From an uncultured Gammaproteobacteria bacterium (GTDB taxonomy: Bacteria > Patescibacteriota > Patescibacteriia > SBBC01 > CAIJZX01), in the NCBI GenBank assembly GCA_964397195.1, contig CAYNGY010000002.1:116012-180011 (forward strand): a stretch of DNA of 64,000 nucleotides, written 5' to 3'. The notes beneath the pieces are model-generated. The model worked only from the letters and a program-made list of their open reading frames with translations. It was not told where the DNA came from and did not search any database. The translations under genes and the position numbers were made by a program. Below are positions 1-8,176 of the stretch, piece after piece (positions within the stretch are counted from its first letter, which is position 1; the number at the start of each line of letters is the position of its first letter).

Positions 1-51
1 GAGGGCCGCACAGACGGCCATCAGGACGGCAGAAGCCAAAGCGTGCCGCAT
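1..51 (-). CDS. possible 5' end of a secreted protein gene running off the window start (partial)
   Basis: Reverse complement of 1..51 reads ATG then MRHALASAVLMAVCAAL, which is signal-peptide-like. Only 17 codons are visible. Confidence 0.2.
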   Translation of the reverse strand, partial: MRHALASAVLMAVCAAL

Positions 52-184
52 GTCGCGATCCTCCGTGCTGGGAAGGGTATTTGACGTCAGTGAACGAGCG
101 TTCAGATCAGCAGAAACAGCCTGAGCTGGACGGCCGACCTTATCAAAAAAACAGGACTTTGTCAACCCTGTTTTATTGGGGGAC

Positions 185-213
185 TTGACAGAAATCAACA
201 AACATGGTACGGT
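185..213 (+). promoter_or_regulatory. sigma70-like promoter (TTGACA-N17-TACGGT) for the first GT4 gene
   Basis: TTGACA at 185-190 and TACGGT at 208-213. A GTCAATTT motif at 219-226 lies just 5' of the ATG at 229. The same architecture recurs at 4846-4895. Confidence 0.3.
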
Positions 214-228
214 AGCACGTCAATTTCT

Positions 229-1440
229 ATGCGCATTCTTCTCGTCAACAAATTCTATTTTCCCCAAGGTGGGGCGGATAAACACGTCATAGAACTCGAG
301 CGCCTCCTGACAGCCGCTGGCCATGAGGTGGCGATTTTTGCGATGACGCATCCGAAAAACATTCCGACGCCGTGGGCGAAATATTTTGTGTCGTTTATTG
401 ATTTTAGCCGCGTGCGATTTAATTGGCAGGGGATGCGCGTTGTTGGTCGGACCCTTCATTCATTTGAAGCGGCGCGACAGATGAAAAAGATGCTCCGCGA
501 TTTTAAGCCCGACGTCGTCCACCTCCATAATATTTACCATCAAATCTCGCCGTCGATTTTACCGATCATCGCTCGGGCCGGAATCCCGATGGTGCAAACG
601 CTTCACGACTATTCATTAATCAGCGCGAACTACACCTTGGCCGGACACGGCGGGATTTGTGAACACGGCAAAGGCGGGCGATACTGGGAATACATTTTGC
701 ATCGTTGCATCCGACATTCCCTAGCGGCATCGTTGCTCGGAGCGATTGATCAATGGTGGCACGATCGAACGCGCGTGTATGAGCGATACGTGGCCGCGTT
801 TATCAGCCCGAGTCAATTTTTAAAAACAGTAGTCACGTCATGGAAGCCGAATATTCGACGAGTTGATGTGATTCCTAACTTTACGTCGGAGATACCACGT
901 CGCGTCTGGCCAAAAGACGGATCGATTATCTACGTTGGGCGACTCTCGGGCGAGAAAGGCGTGGCGACCTTGATTCGAGCGGCTAAAGATATCCCGGCGC
1001 CGGTGCATATTATTGGTACTGGTCCGGATGAATCACGGTTGCGGGCCTTGGCGGCCGAAGTGGGCGCTTCAAATATTGTGTGGCACGGCTTCCTGACCGG
1101 CGCACCGCTAGCGGAGTACCTGTCGAAAGCGTCGGCGATGGTAGTTCCATCAACGTGGTATGAAAATAATCCGCTGGTTATTTTGGAATCATTTGCCTAT
1201 GGCACGCCAGTCGTTGGCGCGCGGATTGGCGGTATTCCTGAACTCGTCCGCGACGGGGAAACCGGACGGCTCTTTACGCCGGGAGATGTTGGTGGTTTCG
1301 TACAGGCGGTGCAGGCGGTTCGACGCGACGTCCAAGACAGCGATCGACTGTCGACGGCCTGTATGCAAGTAGCCCAGGCATATACCCCCCAGGAGTATCT
1401 TGAAAAACTTATGAAATTGTATGCGTCGGTTTTGGCGTAA
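229..1440 (+). CDS. GT4-family glycosyltransferase (group 1)
   Basis: 403 aa. The N-terminus MRILLVNKFYFPQGGADKHV and the C-terminal EGFGLPxLEA-like region (ESFAYGTPVVGARIGGIPE) are typical of GT-B family 4. Confidence 0.8.
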   Translation: MRILLVNKFYFPQGGADKHVIELERLLTAAGHEVAIFAMTHPKNIPTPWAKYFVSFIDFSRVRFNWQGMRVVGRTLHSFEAARQMKKMLRDFKPDVVHLHNIYHQISPSILPIIARAGIPMVQTLHDYSLISANYTLAGHGGICEHGKGGRYWEYILHRCIRHSLAASLLGAIDQWWHDRTRVYERYVAAFISPSQFLKTVVTSWKPNIRRVDVIPNFTSEIPRRVWPKDGSIIYVGRLSGEKGVATLIRAAKDIPAPVHIIGTGPDESRLRALAAEVGASNIVWHGFLTGAPLAEYLSKASAMVVPSTWYENNPLVILESFAYGTPVVGARIGGIPELVRDGETGRLFTPGDVGGFVQAVQAVRRDVQDSDRLSTACMQVAQAYTPQEYLEKLMKLYASVLA

Positions 1441-3442
1441 CTCCATCTTGATTGCGGTTTTCACACTCGTTCCGTTCGGGACGAGGGTTTCGGCGCGTGA
1501 GCTGACGCCGACGTATCCACGCATCGCCAATTACTTTTTAACGCGGACCATTTCACCAGCCCAAGCCGCGGAATTAGCTCGTTGGGATGTCGTTATTCTC
1601 GGACTTGATAACCAATATACCAATCCGGCGGTTTTTTCGATCATGCGTCAGAAAAATCCCGACATTATTATTTTAGCGTACGTGTTGTCGGAAGAATTCC
1701 CGTCCGGCTACGATGGCCTGAGTGATCCAAATTATCCGCTGGTCAAACTCCGGAGCGGCATTGCCGACTCGTGGTGGTTACGTGATGCGAGCGGGGCGAA
1801 GACTGGTTTCTGGGCCGGGGCGAACATGTTGAATGTCACGAACCAAGTGTCGATGGTGAACGGGTATCGTTGGAATACTTACTTGGCGCATTTTGTGAAA
1901 GACTCTGTCCTCTCGACTGGGCTGTGGGATGGCGTCTTTTACGACAATGTCTTTAATGATGTGTCGTGGGTCAACGGCGGCAATATTGATACAAATAATG
2001 ACCATGTGGCCGACCTTGGGTCTTCGGCTGATGCTGCCTGGCGCGACGGCATGTCGACCTTACTGCGCACGACACGACAACTCGTCGGATCGGATGCCAT
2101 TATTATTGGGAATGGCGGCGGTCAGTACTACCCAGACATGAACGGTCGGCTGATCGAGCAATTCCCATCGTCGCTTGATGGCGGCTGGACCGGGGCGATG
2201 GCGAAGTACGCAGACGTTTTACGGCGCGGTTTATCGCCGTCGATTGTGGTGGTCAATCGCATGACCGCTAATGGGTTGCCCACCGACTATCAAGGGATGC
2301 GGTACGGATTAACGAGTACGCTACTGGAAAATGGGTTCTTCAGCTTTGACGAAGGTGCGGTTCGGCATGCAGCCCTCTGGCAATTCGATGAGTTTACCGC
2401 CTATCTCGGTTCACCAATCGGGAACGCGCGACGAATTTGGCCGACAGCAGCCGCGTCATATGAGACCGGCGTTTGGCGACGTGATTTTGCGAATGGGATC
2501 GTGTTAGTGAATTCAACCGATGCACCGCGCACCGTTACGCTCGGCGATGGATATGAAGAATTGCGGGGAACACCGTCCGATGTGAATGGTGGACGAATAG
2601 TAACGAGTGTGACCCTCGCTGGCCATGATGGACGAATTCTGCGCAAGCGTCAGGTTGTTCTCGATACCGGCACGTATGAAAATGGATCACTGATCAGTGT
2701 CTTCAAGGGTGATGGCACGGCGACACGGAGCGGATTCTTTAGTTATGATCCGACTCAGCCAGCCGGCGCGGCCCTGATTAAACAAGATGTGAACCATGAC
2801 GGCGAGACGGATGTCATCCGCGCTGATGCGGGGGCGATTACCGTTCGCAATGCGCATAACCAAGTACTCGGTTCATTCCGTCCGTTTGGCGCGTATCGAG
2901 GCGCATTGTCGATTGCCGTGGGTGATGTGAATGGTGATCGGATCGACGATATCGTCGTGTCGCCGCTGAGCGGAAAAAACCAGAAGATTTCTTTCTTTAC
3001 CTATACTGGGCGACGACTCTGGGCATCATGGCGGCCGTTTAAACGCGATTACACCGGCGGGCCGTCGGTGACGCTGGCAGACATGAATGGCGACGGTCGA
3101 TTGGAAGTACTGGCGGCGGCCGGTCGCGGCGCCGATCCGCGTGTCTCGGTCTTCACGCTCCGCGGTCGACAGGTGGCGAGTTTCTTAGCCTACGCTCGTT
3201 CCTTTAAGGGCGGTGTGCATCTGGCGGCCGGAGATCTGACCGCGGACGGAGTACCGGAAATTGTAACGGTTCCGGCGCGGAGCGGCGGCCCGCATGTTCG
3301 TATTTTCTCCAATCGCTATCAACCGGTCGGAAGCTTCTTCGCCCTCGCTAAGTCCTACCGCGGCGGATTACAAGTTGCTATTACCGATGTTGACCATACC
3401 GGCGATAACCGGATCGTTATTTCGACCCCATATGTCTATTAA
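1421..3442 (+). CDS. secreted glycoside-hydrolase-like (TIM-barrel GHL/GH114-like) protein with C-terminal FG-GAP/VCBS repeats
   Basis: Signal peptide, then an N-terminal TIM-barrel-like region (NYFLTR...WDVVILGLD). The C-terminus has several DxNGDGxxD/E calcium-binding-like FG-GAP repeats (DVNGDRIDDIVV, DMNGDGRLEVL, DLTADGVPEIV). Confidence 0.55.
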   Translation: MRRFWRNSILIAVFTLVPFGTRVSARELTPTYPRIANYFLTRTISPAQAAELARWDVVILGLDNQYTNPAVFSIMRQKNPDIIILAYVLSEEFPSGYDGLSDPNYPLVKLRSGIADSWWLRDASGAKTGFWAGANMLNVTNQVSMVNGYRWNTYLAHFVKDSVLSTGLWDGVFYDNVFNDVSWVNGGNIDTNNDHVADLGSSADAAWRDGMSTLLRTTRQLVGSDAIIIGNGGGQYYPDMNGRLIEQFPSSLDGGWTGAMAKYADVLRRGLSPSIVVVNRMTANGLPTDYQGMRYGLTSTLLENGFFSFDEGAVRHAALWQFDEFTAYLGSPIGNARRIWPTAAASYETGVWRRDFANGIVLVNSTDAPRTVTLGDGYEELRGTPSDVNGGRIVTSVTLAGHDGRILRKRQVVLDTGTYENGSLISVFKGDGTATRSGFFSYDPTQPAGAALIKQDVNHDGETDVIRADAGAITVRNAHNQVLGSFRPFGAYRGALSIAVGDVNGDRIDDIVVSPLSGKNQKISFFTYTGRRLWASWRPFKRDYTGGPSVTLADMNGDGRLEVLAAAGRGADPRVSVFTLRGRQVASFLAYARSFKGGVHLAAGDLTADGVPEIVTVPARSGGPHVRIFSNRYQPVGSFFALAKSYRGGLQVAITDVDHTGDNRIVISTPYVY

Positions 3443-4811
3443 CCCAACAACTCCAGCCGAACCACAACGCCCGTTGCATCATCGCCTGTTGGCAATTGTG
3501 GCGCCGCTGCTGGCTCACGCACATCATCGTCGGTACCACGGTCGCCCGCACCATCTGGTGATTGATACATTTTTGAATGTGGCGATGTGGGGGCTTGTGG
3601 CCTGGATTATTGTCCTAGCGGTCGTGAAGGTTGCCACAACCACACCTCAAGTCATGTGGGATGTCTCGACGGTGACGAGTGGCCAGGCCGTGACCGCCAC
3701 GCTGACAGTGACGGCGCCTAGCACCGGACGCATTGGTGATGTTCAAGCCGACGTGATTGTGCCGACCGGATGGTTGGTGGATGAAGCCACAGCGCAGAGT
3801 CTGGGGGCCATGGAACGACGAGCGGTGCGAACGATAACTTTTCACCTCGTCCCAGTTGCTGCACCAAGCGCAGCAGTCAATCTGGTGACCCACCTGGCGT
3901 GGACCGTCGCCGGGGCGTCTTTAGAGACCGAACATGTTCAACATATCTCTGTGCAGGGGACGAGTGGTGCGTTGACGTTGACTGCGCCGGCTTCGGTCCG
4001 ATCCGGTCAGATGATTCCGTTGACGTTGACTGCGCCGACGAGTCTGGCCGACCTTCGGTTGATGAAGGTCGTGTCGGTGACCCTGCCAAAGCATGTGACA
4101 CGCGTCAGTACAGAGCCGTCGATTGACGGGACAACGTGGACCATCGAGTCAAACACGGTTGAGGCTAAGACGTTGATCATGCGAGTGACGACATCGTTAC
4201 CGGCCGGAACCCGACTTCGTTTTTCGGCCACCTTAGCTTGGGGTGTCGGTGAGGCCCGGTTGGTGCAAGTCACCCGGACGACTGATGTCCTGATTACGGC
4301 TACGAGCGGTGAAGAGGTGGTGAATGGTCCGAGTACGACGGCGGTCACCTTCGCGGCGGAACTTCGCTATACCGGCGCCTCGGGCGTGCAGTTTGGTTAT
4401 GGACCATTGCCGCCGATCGTCGGTCAGGAAACGGTGTACCGGGCGTTCCTCTACGTTCGTCCAGGGTCGGCCGATGGCCACGGAGCGACCGTGACCATGT
4501 CATTACCGGCCGGGACGCGTTGGATTGGCCATTCGAGTTTAACCGGTGGTTCGCGGGTGGTCTGGAACTCTTCGGCCCGGACAATCACCTGGCAGATTGG
4601 TGAGTTAGCGGCGAATGTTGCGCCGCTGATGGCGAGTTTTGACCTCGGGTTGACCCCAAAAACGACCCAACGTGGGAGCGTCGTGACCATGACCGGGCCG
4701 GCCAAGCTGACATATCAATCTGATCGCGACGGCCTACAATCGAGCACCGCAGCTGCGCTGACGACCGCCAGCGTTGATGGCGGAAAACCAAGTTTGGCTA
4801 CAATTCGCTAA
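3432..4811 (+). CDS. membrane-anchored hypothetical protein with DUF11-like beta-sandwich repeats
   Basis: The track ORF starts at 3294 inside the previous gene. The first in-frame ATG after the upstream stop is 3432; an alternative is 3585 just before a TM helix. Repeated TLTVTAPS.../LTLTAP... segments resemble the DUF11 'conserved repeat domain'. Confidence 0.4.
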   Translation: MSINPTTPAEPQRPLHHRLLAIVAPLLAHAHHRRYHGRPHHLVIDTFLNVAMWGLVAWIIVLAVVKVATTTPQVMWDVSTVTSGQAVTATLTVTAPSTGRIGDVQADVIVPTGWLVDEATAQSLGAMERRAVRTITFHLVPVAAPSAAVNLVTHLAWTVAGASLETEHVQHISVQGTSGALTLTAPASVRSGQMIPLTLTAPTSLADLRLMKVVSVTLPKHVTRVSTEPSIDGTTWTIESNTVEAKTLIMRVTTSLPAGTRLRFSATLAWGVGEARLVQVTRTTDVLITATSGEEVVNGPSTTAVTFAAELRYTGASGVQFGYGPLPPIVGQETVYRAFLYVRPGSADGHGATVTMSLPAGTRWIGHSSLTGGSRVVWNSSARTITWQIGELAANVAPLMASFDLGLTPKTTQRGSVVTMTGPAKLTYQSDRDGLQSSTAAALTTASVDGGKPSLATIR

Positions 4812-4845
4812 AAAAGCGGTTTTTCCAGCGAAAATTCAGCTAGGC

Positions 4846-4874
4846 TTGACAAAATAGAGGGTTTGGTGTAAGGT
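4846..4874 (+). promoter_or_regulatory. sigma70-like promoter (TTGACA-N17-TAAGGT) for the second GT4 gene
   Basis: TTGACA at 4846-4851 and TAAGGT at 4869-4874, followed by GTCAATTT at 4880-4887 and the ATG at 4893. Confidence 0.3.
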
Positions 4875-4892
4875 CTCGGGTCAATTTTGTTT

Positions 4893-6101
4893 ATGTCTCC
4901 ATCGCTCACTATCGCCATGATCGGCCAAAAGGGCATGCCCGCTATTCACGGCGGGATCGAACGTCATGTTGAAGAACTGTCGGTTCGTTTAGCGTCCATG
5001 GGGCATACGGTGACCGTGTACACTCGGCCGTATTTTACGCCGACCGGCATGAAATCGTATCGCGGCGTCCGCCTTATTTCGTTACCGTCGATCCGTTCAA
5101 AGCATCTCGACGCCATCAGCCACACGTTTGCGGCGACGATTCACGCCGTGCGGTCTGGAGCGGATATCATTCACTACCACGGTGTCGGCCCGTCGATTTT
5201 ATCGTTCCTGCCAAAACTCCTTCGATCGAAAGCAAAAGTTGTTTCAACGTTTCATTGTATTGATCGGAAGCATCAGAAGTGGGGATTTATCGCCCGACAG
5301 TTTCTTCGTCATGGCGAATGGTCGTCGGTGACTCATCCGGATGAAACGATTGTGGTTTCAAAAACCCTGAAGAAGTACGTCAAACATATGTTCGGCAAGC
5401 AGGCGACGTATATTCCGAATGGTGTTGAGATTCCGCGAACATCCGCGCGGCGACGCTCACCAACGCTCCGCCGGTTCAATCTAACGCCGGGTGAATATAT
5501 TATTTCGGTCTCGCGCTTGATTCCGCACAAAGGCATCCATCATCTCATTTCTGCCTTTCGTCAGGTCTCAACGAACCACCGACTGGTGATTGTCGGCGAC
5601 GGATTTTATACGGATGAGTACGTTCAGTACCTCCACGAGCTCGCCGGCGATGATGCGCGCATTGTTTTCACCGGTTTTCAGAGTGGTCAGGATCTTCGTG
5701 ACTTGTTCTCGCACGCGGCGCTGTACGTTCTCCCATCACAAGCGGAAGGATTACCGATCGCTCTACTCGAAGCGGCCAGCTTCGGAGTCGGGATTGTGGC
5801 CAGTGATATTCCGGAAAATCGGGAAGTGATTCATGCGGATCGTTCACCAATCGGTCTGACGTTCGTGACCGGTGACATTGACGACCTGCGGCGTGTCCTG
5901 ACGGATGCCCTGCGGCGCCCAGCGGCCATGCGGAACATGGCCCAGCGGGCCAAAAAAGTCGTTGCCGAGCATTACCAATGGCGTGATGTGGCGACGCAGA
6001 TGGTAGCGGTCTACACTAGGCTCTGTAATCGTCCGACATCCGTTCGGGTGGCGTCGGCTGGTTCGATGCGGTCCCGTTCGGTTGCGGTGAACGCGGCGTA
6101 A
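4893..6101 (+). CDS. GT4-family glycosyltransferase
   Basis: The track start at 4887 is TTG; the first ATG is 4893. MIGQKGMPAIHGGIERHVEEL and the C-terminal EGLPIALLEAASFGVGIVASDIPENRE are typical GT4 motifs. Confidence 0.8.
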   Translation: MSPSLTIAMIGQKGMPAIHGGIERHVEELSVRLASMGHTVTVYTRPYFTPTGMKSYRGVRLISLPSIRSKHLDAISHTFAATIHAVRSGADIIHYHGVGPSILSFLPKLLRSKAKVVSTFHCIDRKHQKWGFIARQFLRHGEWSSVTHPDETIVVSKTLKKYVKHMFGKQATYIPNGVEIPRTSARRRSPTLRRFNLTPGEYIISVSRLIPHKGIHHLISAFRQVSTNHRLVIVGDGFYTDEYVQYLHELAGDDARIVFTGFQSGQDLRDLFSHAALYVLPSQAEGLPIALLEAASFGVGIVASDIPENREVIHADRSPIGLTFVTGDIDDLRRVLTDALRRPAAMRNMAQRAKKVVAEHYQWRDVATQMVAVYTRLCNRPTSVRVASAGSMRSRSVAVNAA

Positions 6102-6126
6102 GGTCGACGTGCTATACTGTATCGGT

Positions 6127-7353
6127 ATGCGGTATCTTTTTGGTTTCCTCGGTCTGGTCGTGGCGATTGGATGTGCGGCTCCGACCGCATGGGCGCTGAC
6201 GCCGACGCAGCGCTATCTTGGATATATGGTTATTTCGGCCGATACGCCGGAAGCGGTGTGGTACGTTGACCCGCGGCGGAAAGAACGAGTTCCGGCCACA
6301 ACACTGACCGACATCCGTACTATTTTGCGGACGCGAGCGGCCAAAGTGAAAGTAGCCGATTTAAAGCGTCTCCCGTTAGTTGGGACCCTGACGGTCGGAG
6401 ATCTGAATTATCGTCGTCAATTAGCGGGTCGATATATTGTTGTGACGGATCGGAAGAATGAAGCGTGGTACATTACGCCCCGCACCAAGCGTCGTATTCG
6501 CATCGGGAACGGGCAGGTGGCGGTTACCTTTGCGCGAAGTCAGGCCCTGACCATTTCGGCCGCGGACCTAGCGGAGATTCCGGCGCCGCCAAATATTCGT
6601 TTGGTAACCGGATCGGTGAAATCAAGTCGTGGTTCGTTTACGACTGAGCGACTCGAGTTTGCCTGGAATGATCCGGGGATACGCATCATGACCGACACGG
6701 CGAATACGAGTGATTGCAAAGGAAATTGCCCGGTCATTTCGCTCGGGTCGTATATCAGTCGTCGGGCAGCAGTGGCGGGGATCCATGGCACCTATTTCTG
6801 TCCGCAAGATTATGGAGCCTGTGCGACAAAACGAAACTCGTACGATTTTCCGGTCTGGAACAGTTTTACTAAATCGTGGCGAAATGAAGGGCGGATAAAA
6901 TATACGTCCCAGCCGATTGTGGCCTTTGATACTTCGAACCGGCCGTTCTTGTATGCTGAATCACGGCAGTTTAAGAGTCAGGCTGGGTTTGCGGCGACGT
7001 TTGCTGATGATTCAATTGCTGCTGGTGGCACGGGTGTTTTACAGGCGGCGTTCAGTAACGGGCCGATGCTCATTCGGAACGGCGTCTATGTTCTCAAGGG
7101 GAACCAGCTTGATACCAAACAGGCGACCGTGAAAAGTGCTCGTGGGGTACTTGGTTGGAAAGGAACGACGATGGTGTTCTTTGTGGTCCATGGGGCCACC
7201 GTCACGGATGCGGCCTCAGTTGCCCAAGCGCTTGGTTTAGAAAACGCCGTCAATCTTGATGGCGGTGGCTCGACAGCGATGTACACGGCCGGACGATACA
7301 TTCTTGGTCCGGGTCGGAATCTTCCGAACGCCATTTTGATTACTCGTCGGTAG
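6127..7353 (+). CDS. phosphodiester glycosidase (NAGPA-like/DUF2233) family secreted protein
   Basis: The track start at 6109 is GTG; the ATG is at 6127. Signal peptide, then C-terminal NGPMLIRNG...VNLDGGGSTAMY, characteristic of phosphodiester glycosidase domains. Confidence 0.65.
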   Translation: MRYLFGFLGLVVAIGCAAPTAWALTPTQRYLGYMVISADTPEAVWYVDPRRKERVPATTLTDIRTILRTRAAKVKVADLKRLPLVGTLTVGDLNYRRQLAGRYIVVTDRKNEAWYITPRTKRRIRIGNGQVAVTFARSQALTISAADLAEIPAPPNIRLVTGSVKSSRGSFTTERLEFAWNDPGIRIMTDTANTSDCKGNCPVISLGSYISRRAAVAGIHGTYFCPQDYGACATKRNSYDFPVWNSFTKSWRNEGRIKYTSQPIVAFDTSNRPFLYAESRQFKSQAGFAATFADDSIAAGGTGVLQAAFSNGPMLIRNGVYVLKGNQLDTKQATVKSARGVLGWKGTTMVFFVVHGATVTDAASVAQALGLENAVNLDGGGSTAMYTAGRYILGPGRNLPNAILITRR

Positions 7354-7356
7354 GCT

Positions 7357-8163
7357 ATGTCGGTTTTTCTCCAGACTCTCAAGCGAGCGGCGCTCGTCTT
7401 CTTGCTGATGGTTATTTTGGGTGGGATTGGTTATGTCGGACTTCGGGCCTGGCGTGGTCATCAGTCTGATCAGCCGAAAAATTTGCCGCCGGAAAAGAAC
7501 GTAGCGGTCGAAAATCGGAATACGACTCCGCGAAATACAAACGTGGCGGTGACGACCAACACGTCGTTGAACACGAATGCGGTTGTGGCCCCGGCGGAAC
7601 TCAATCTTGCCGCACCGTTTACCACTCAAGCGCCTGATGCCAACTGGGACGCTGAACACGAAGAATTTTGTGAGGAAGCGTCGGTACTGATGGCCGCTCG
7701 CGCGCTGCAAGGCCGAGCGATAAAAGATAGTGCTGACGCCGAGGCGGCGCTGCAAACGTTACAGCAATGGGAGATCGATACCTTCGGTTACTTTGAAAGT
7801 ACCACCGCGGTTGAAATCGCTCAGTTGGTGACAGATTTTTATGGTCTGTCGGCTGAGCTCGTGGTCGATCCGACGGTCAGCCAATTAAAATCTATTTTGG
7901 CCAGCGGTAAGTTTATCGTCGTGCCGGCCGCTGGTCGTGAGCTCCACAACCCAAACTTTAAGCAGCCCGGGCCGTTGTATCACGCGTTACTCCTGAAGGG
8001 CTATACGGCTACTACCTTTATTACGAATGACCCGGGGACACGAAAAGGGCAGAATTATACATACCCGACGGATGTCCTGATGCAATCAATTCATGACTGG
8101 AACGGCGGAGATGTTATGAATGGTCGTCGGGTCGTCATCGTGGTGTCCGCTGCTCGCGAGTGA
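7357..8163 (+). CDS. membrane-anchored C39-like (Peptidase_C39_2) domain protein
   Basis: N-terminal TM helix and low-complexity linker, then FCEEASVLMAARAL (candidate Cys motif) and YHALLLKGY...NDPG (candidate His motif) of C39-like cysteine peptidase domains. Confidence 0.5.
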   Translation: MSVFLQTLKRAALVFLLMVILGGIGYVGLRAWRGHQSDQPKNLPPEKNVAVENRNTTPRNTNVAVTTNTSLNTNAVVAPAELNLAAPFTTQAPDANWDAEHEEFCEEASVLMAARALQGRAIKDSADAEAALQTLQQWEIDTFGYFESTTAVEIAQLVTDFYGLSAELVVDPTVSQLKSILASGKFIVVPAAGRELHNPNFKQPGPLYHALLLKGYTATTFITNDPGTRKGQNYTYPTDVLMQSIHDWNGGDVMNGRRVVIVVSAARE

Positions 8164-8176
8164 TATACTCTTTTAT

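Noticed and set aside
220-459. ORF 220..459(-), 79 aa.
   Set aside because: It is antisense to the N-terminus of the GT4 gene and overlaps its promoter. Its basic low-complexity composition makes it look spurious.
3294-3431. N-terminal extension of ORF 3294..4811 overlapping the preceding gene by about 150 nt.
   Set aside because: The upstream gene's stop is at 3440-3442. The first in-frame ATG near it is 3432. The extension has no independent support.
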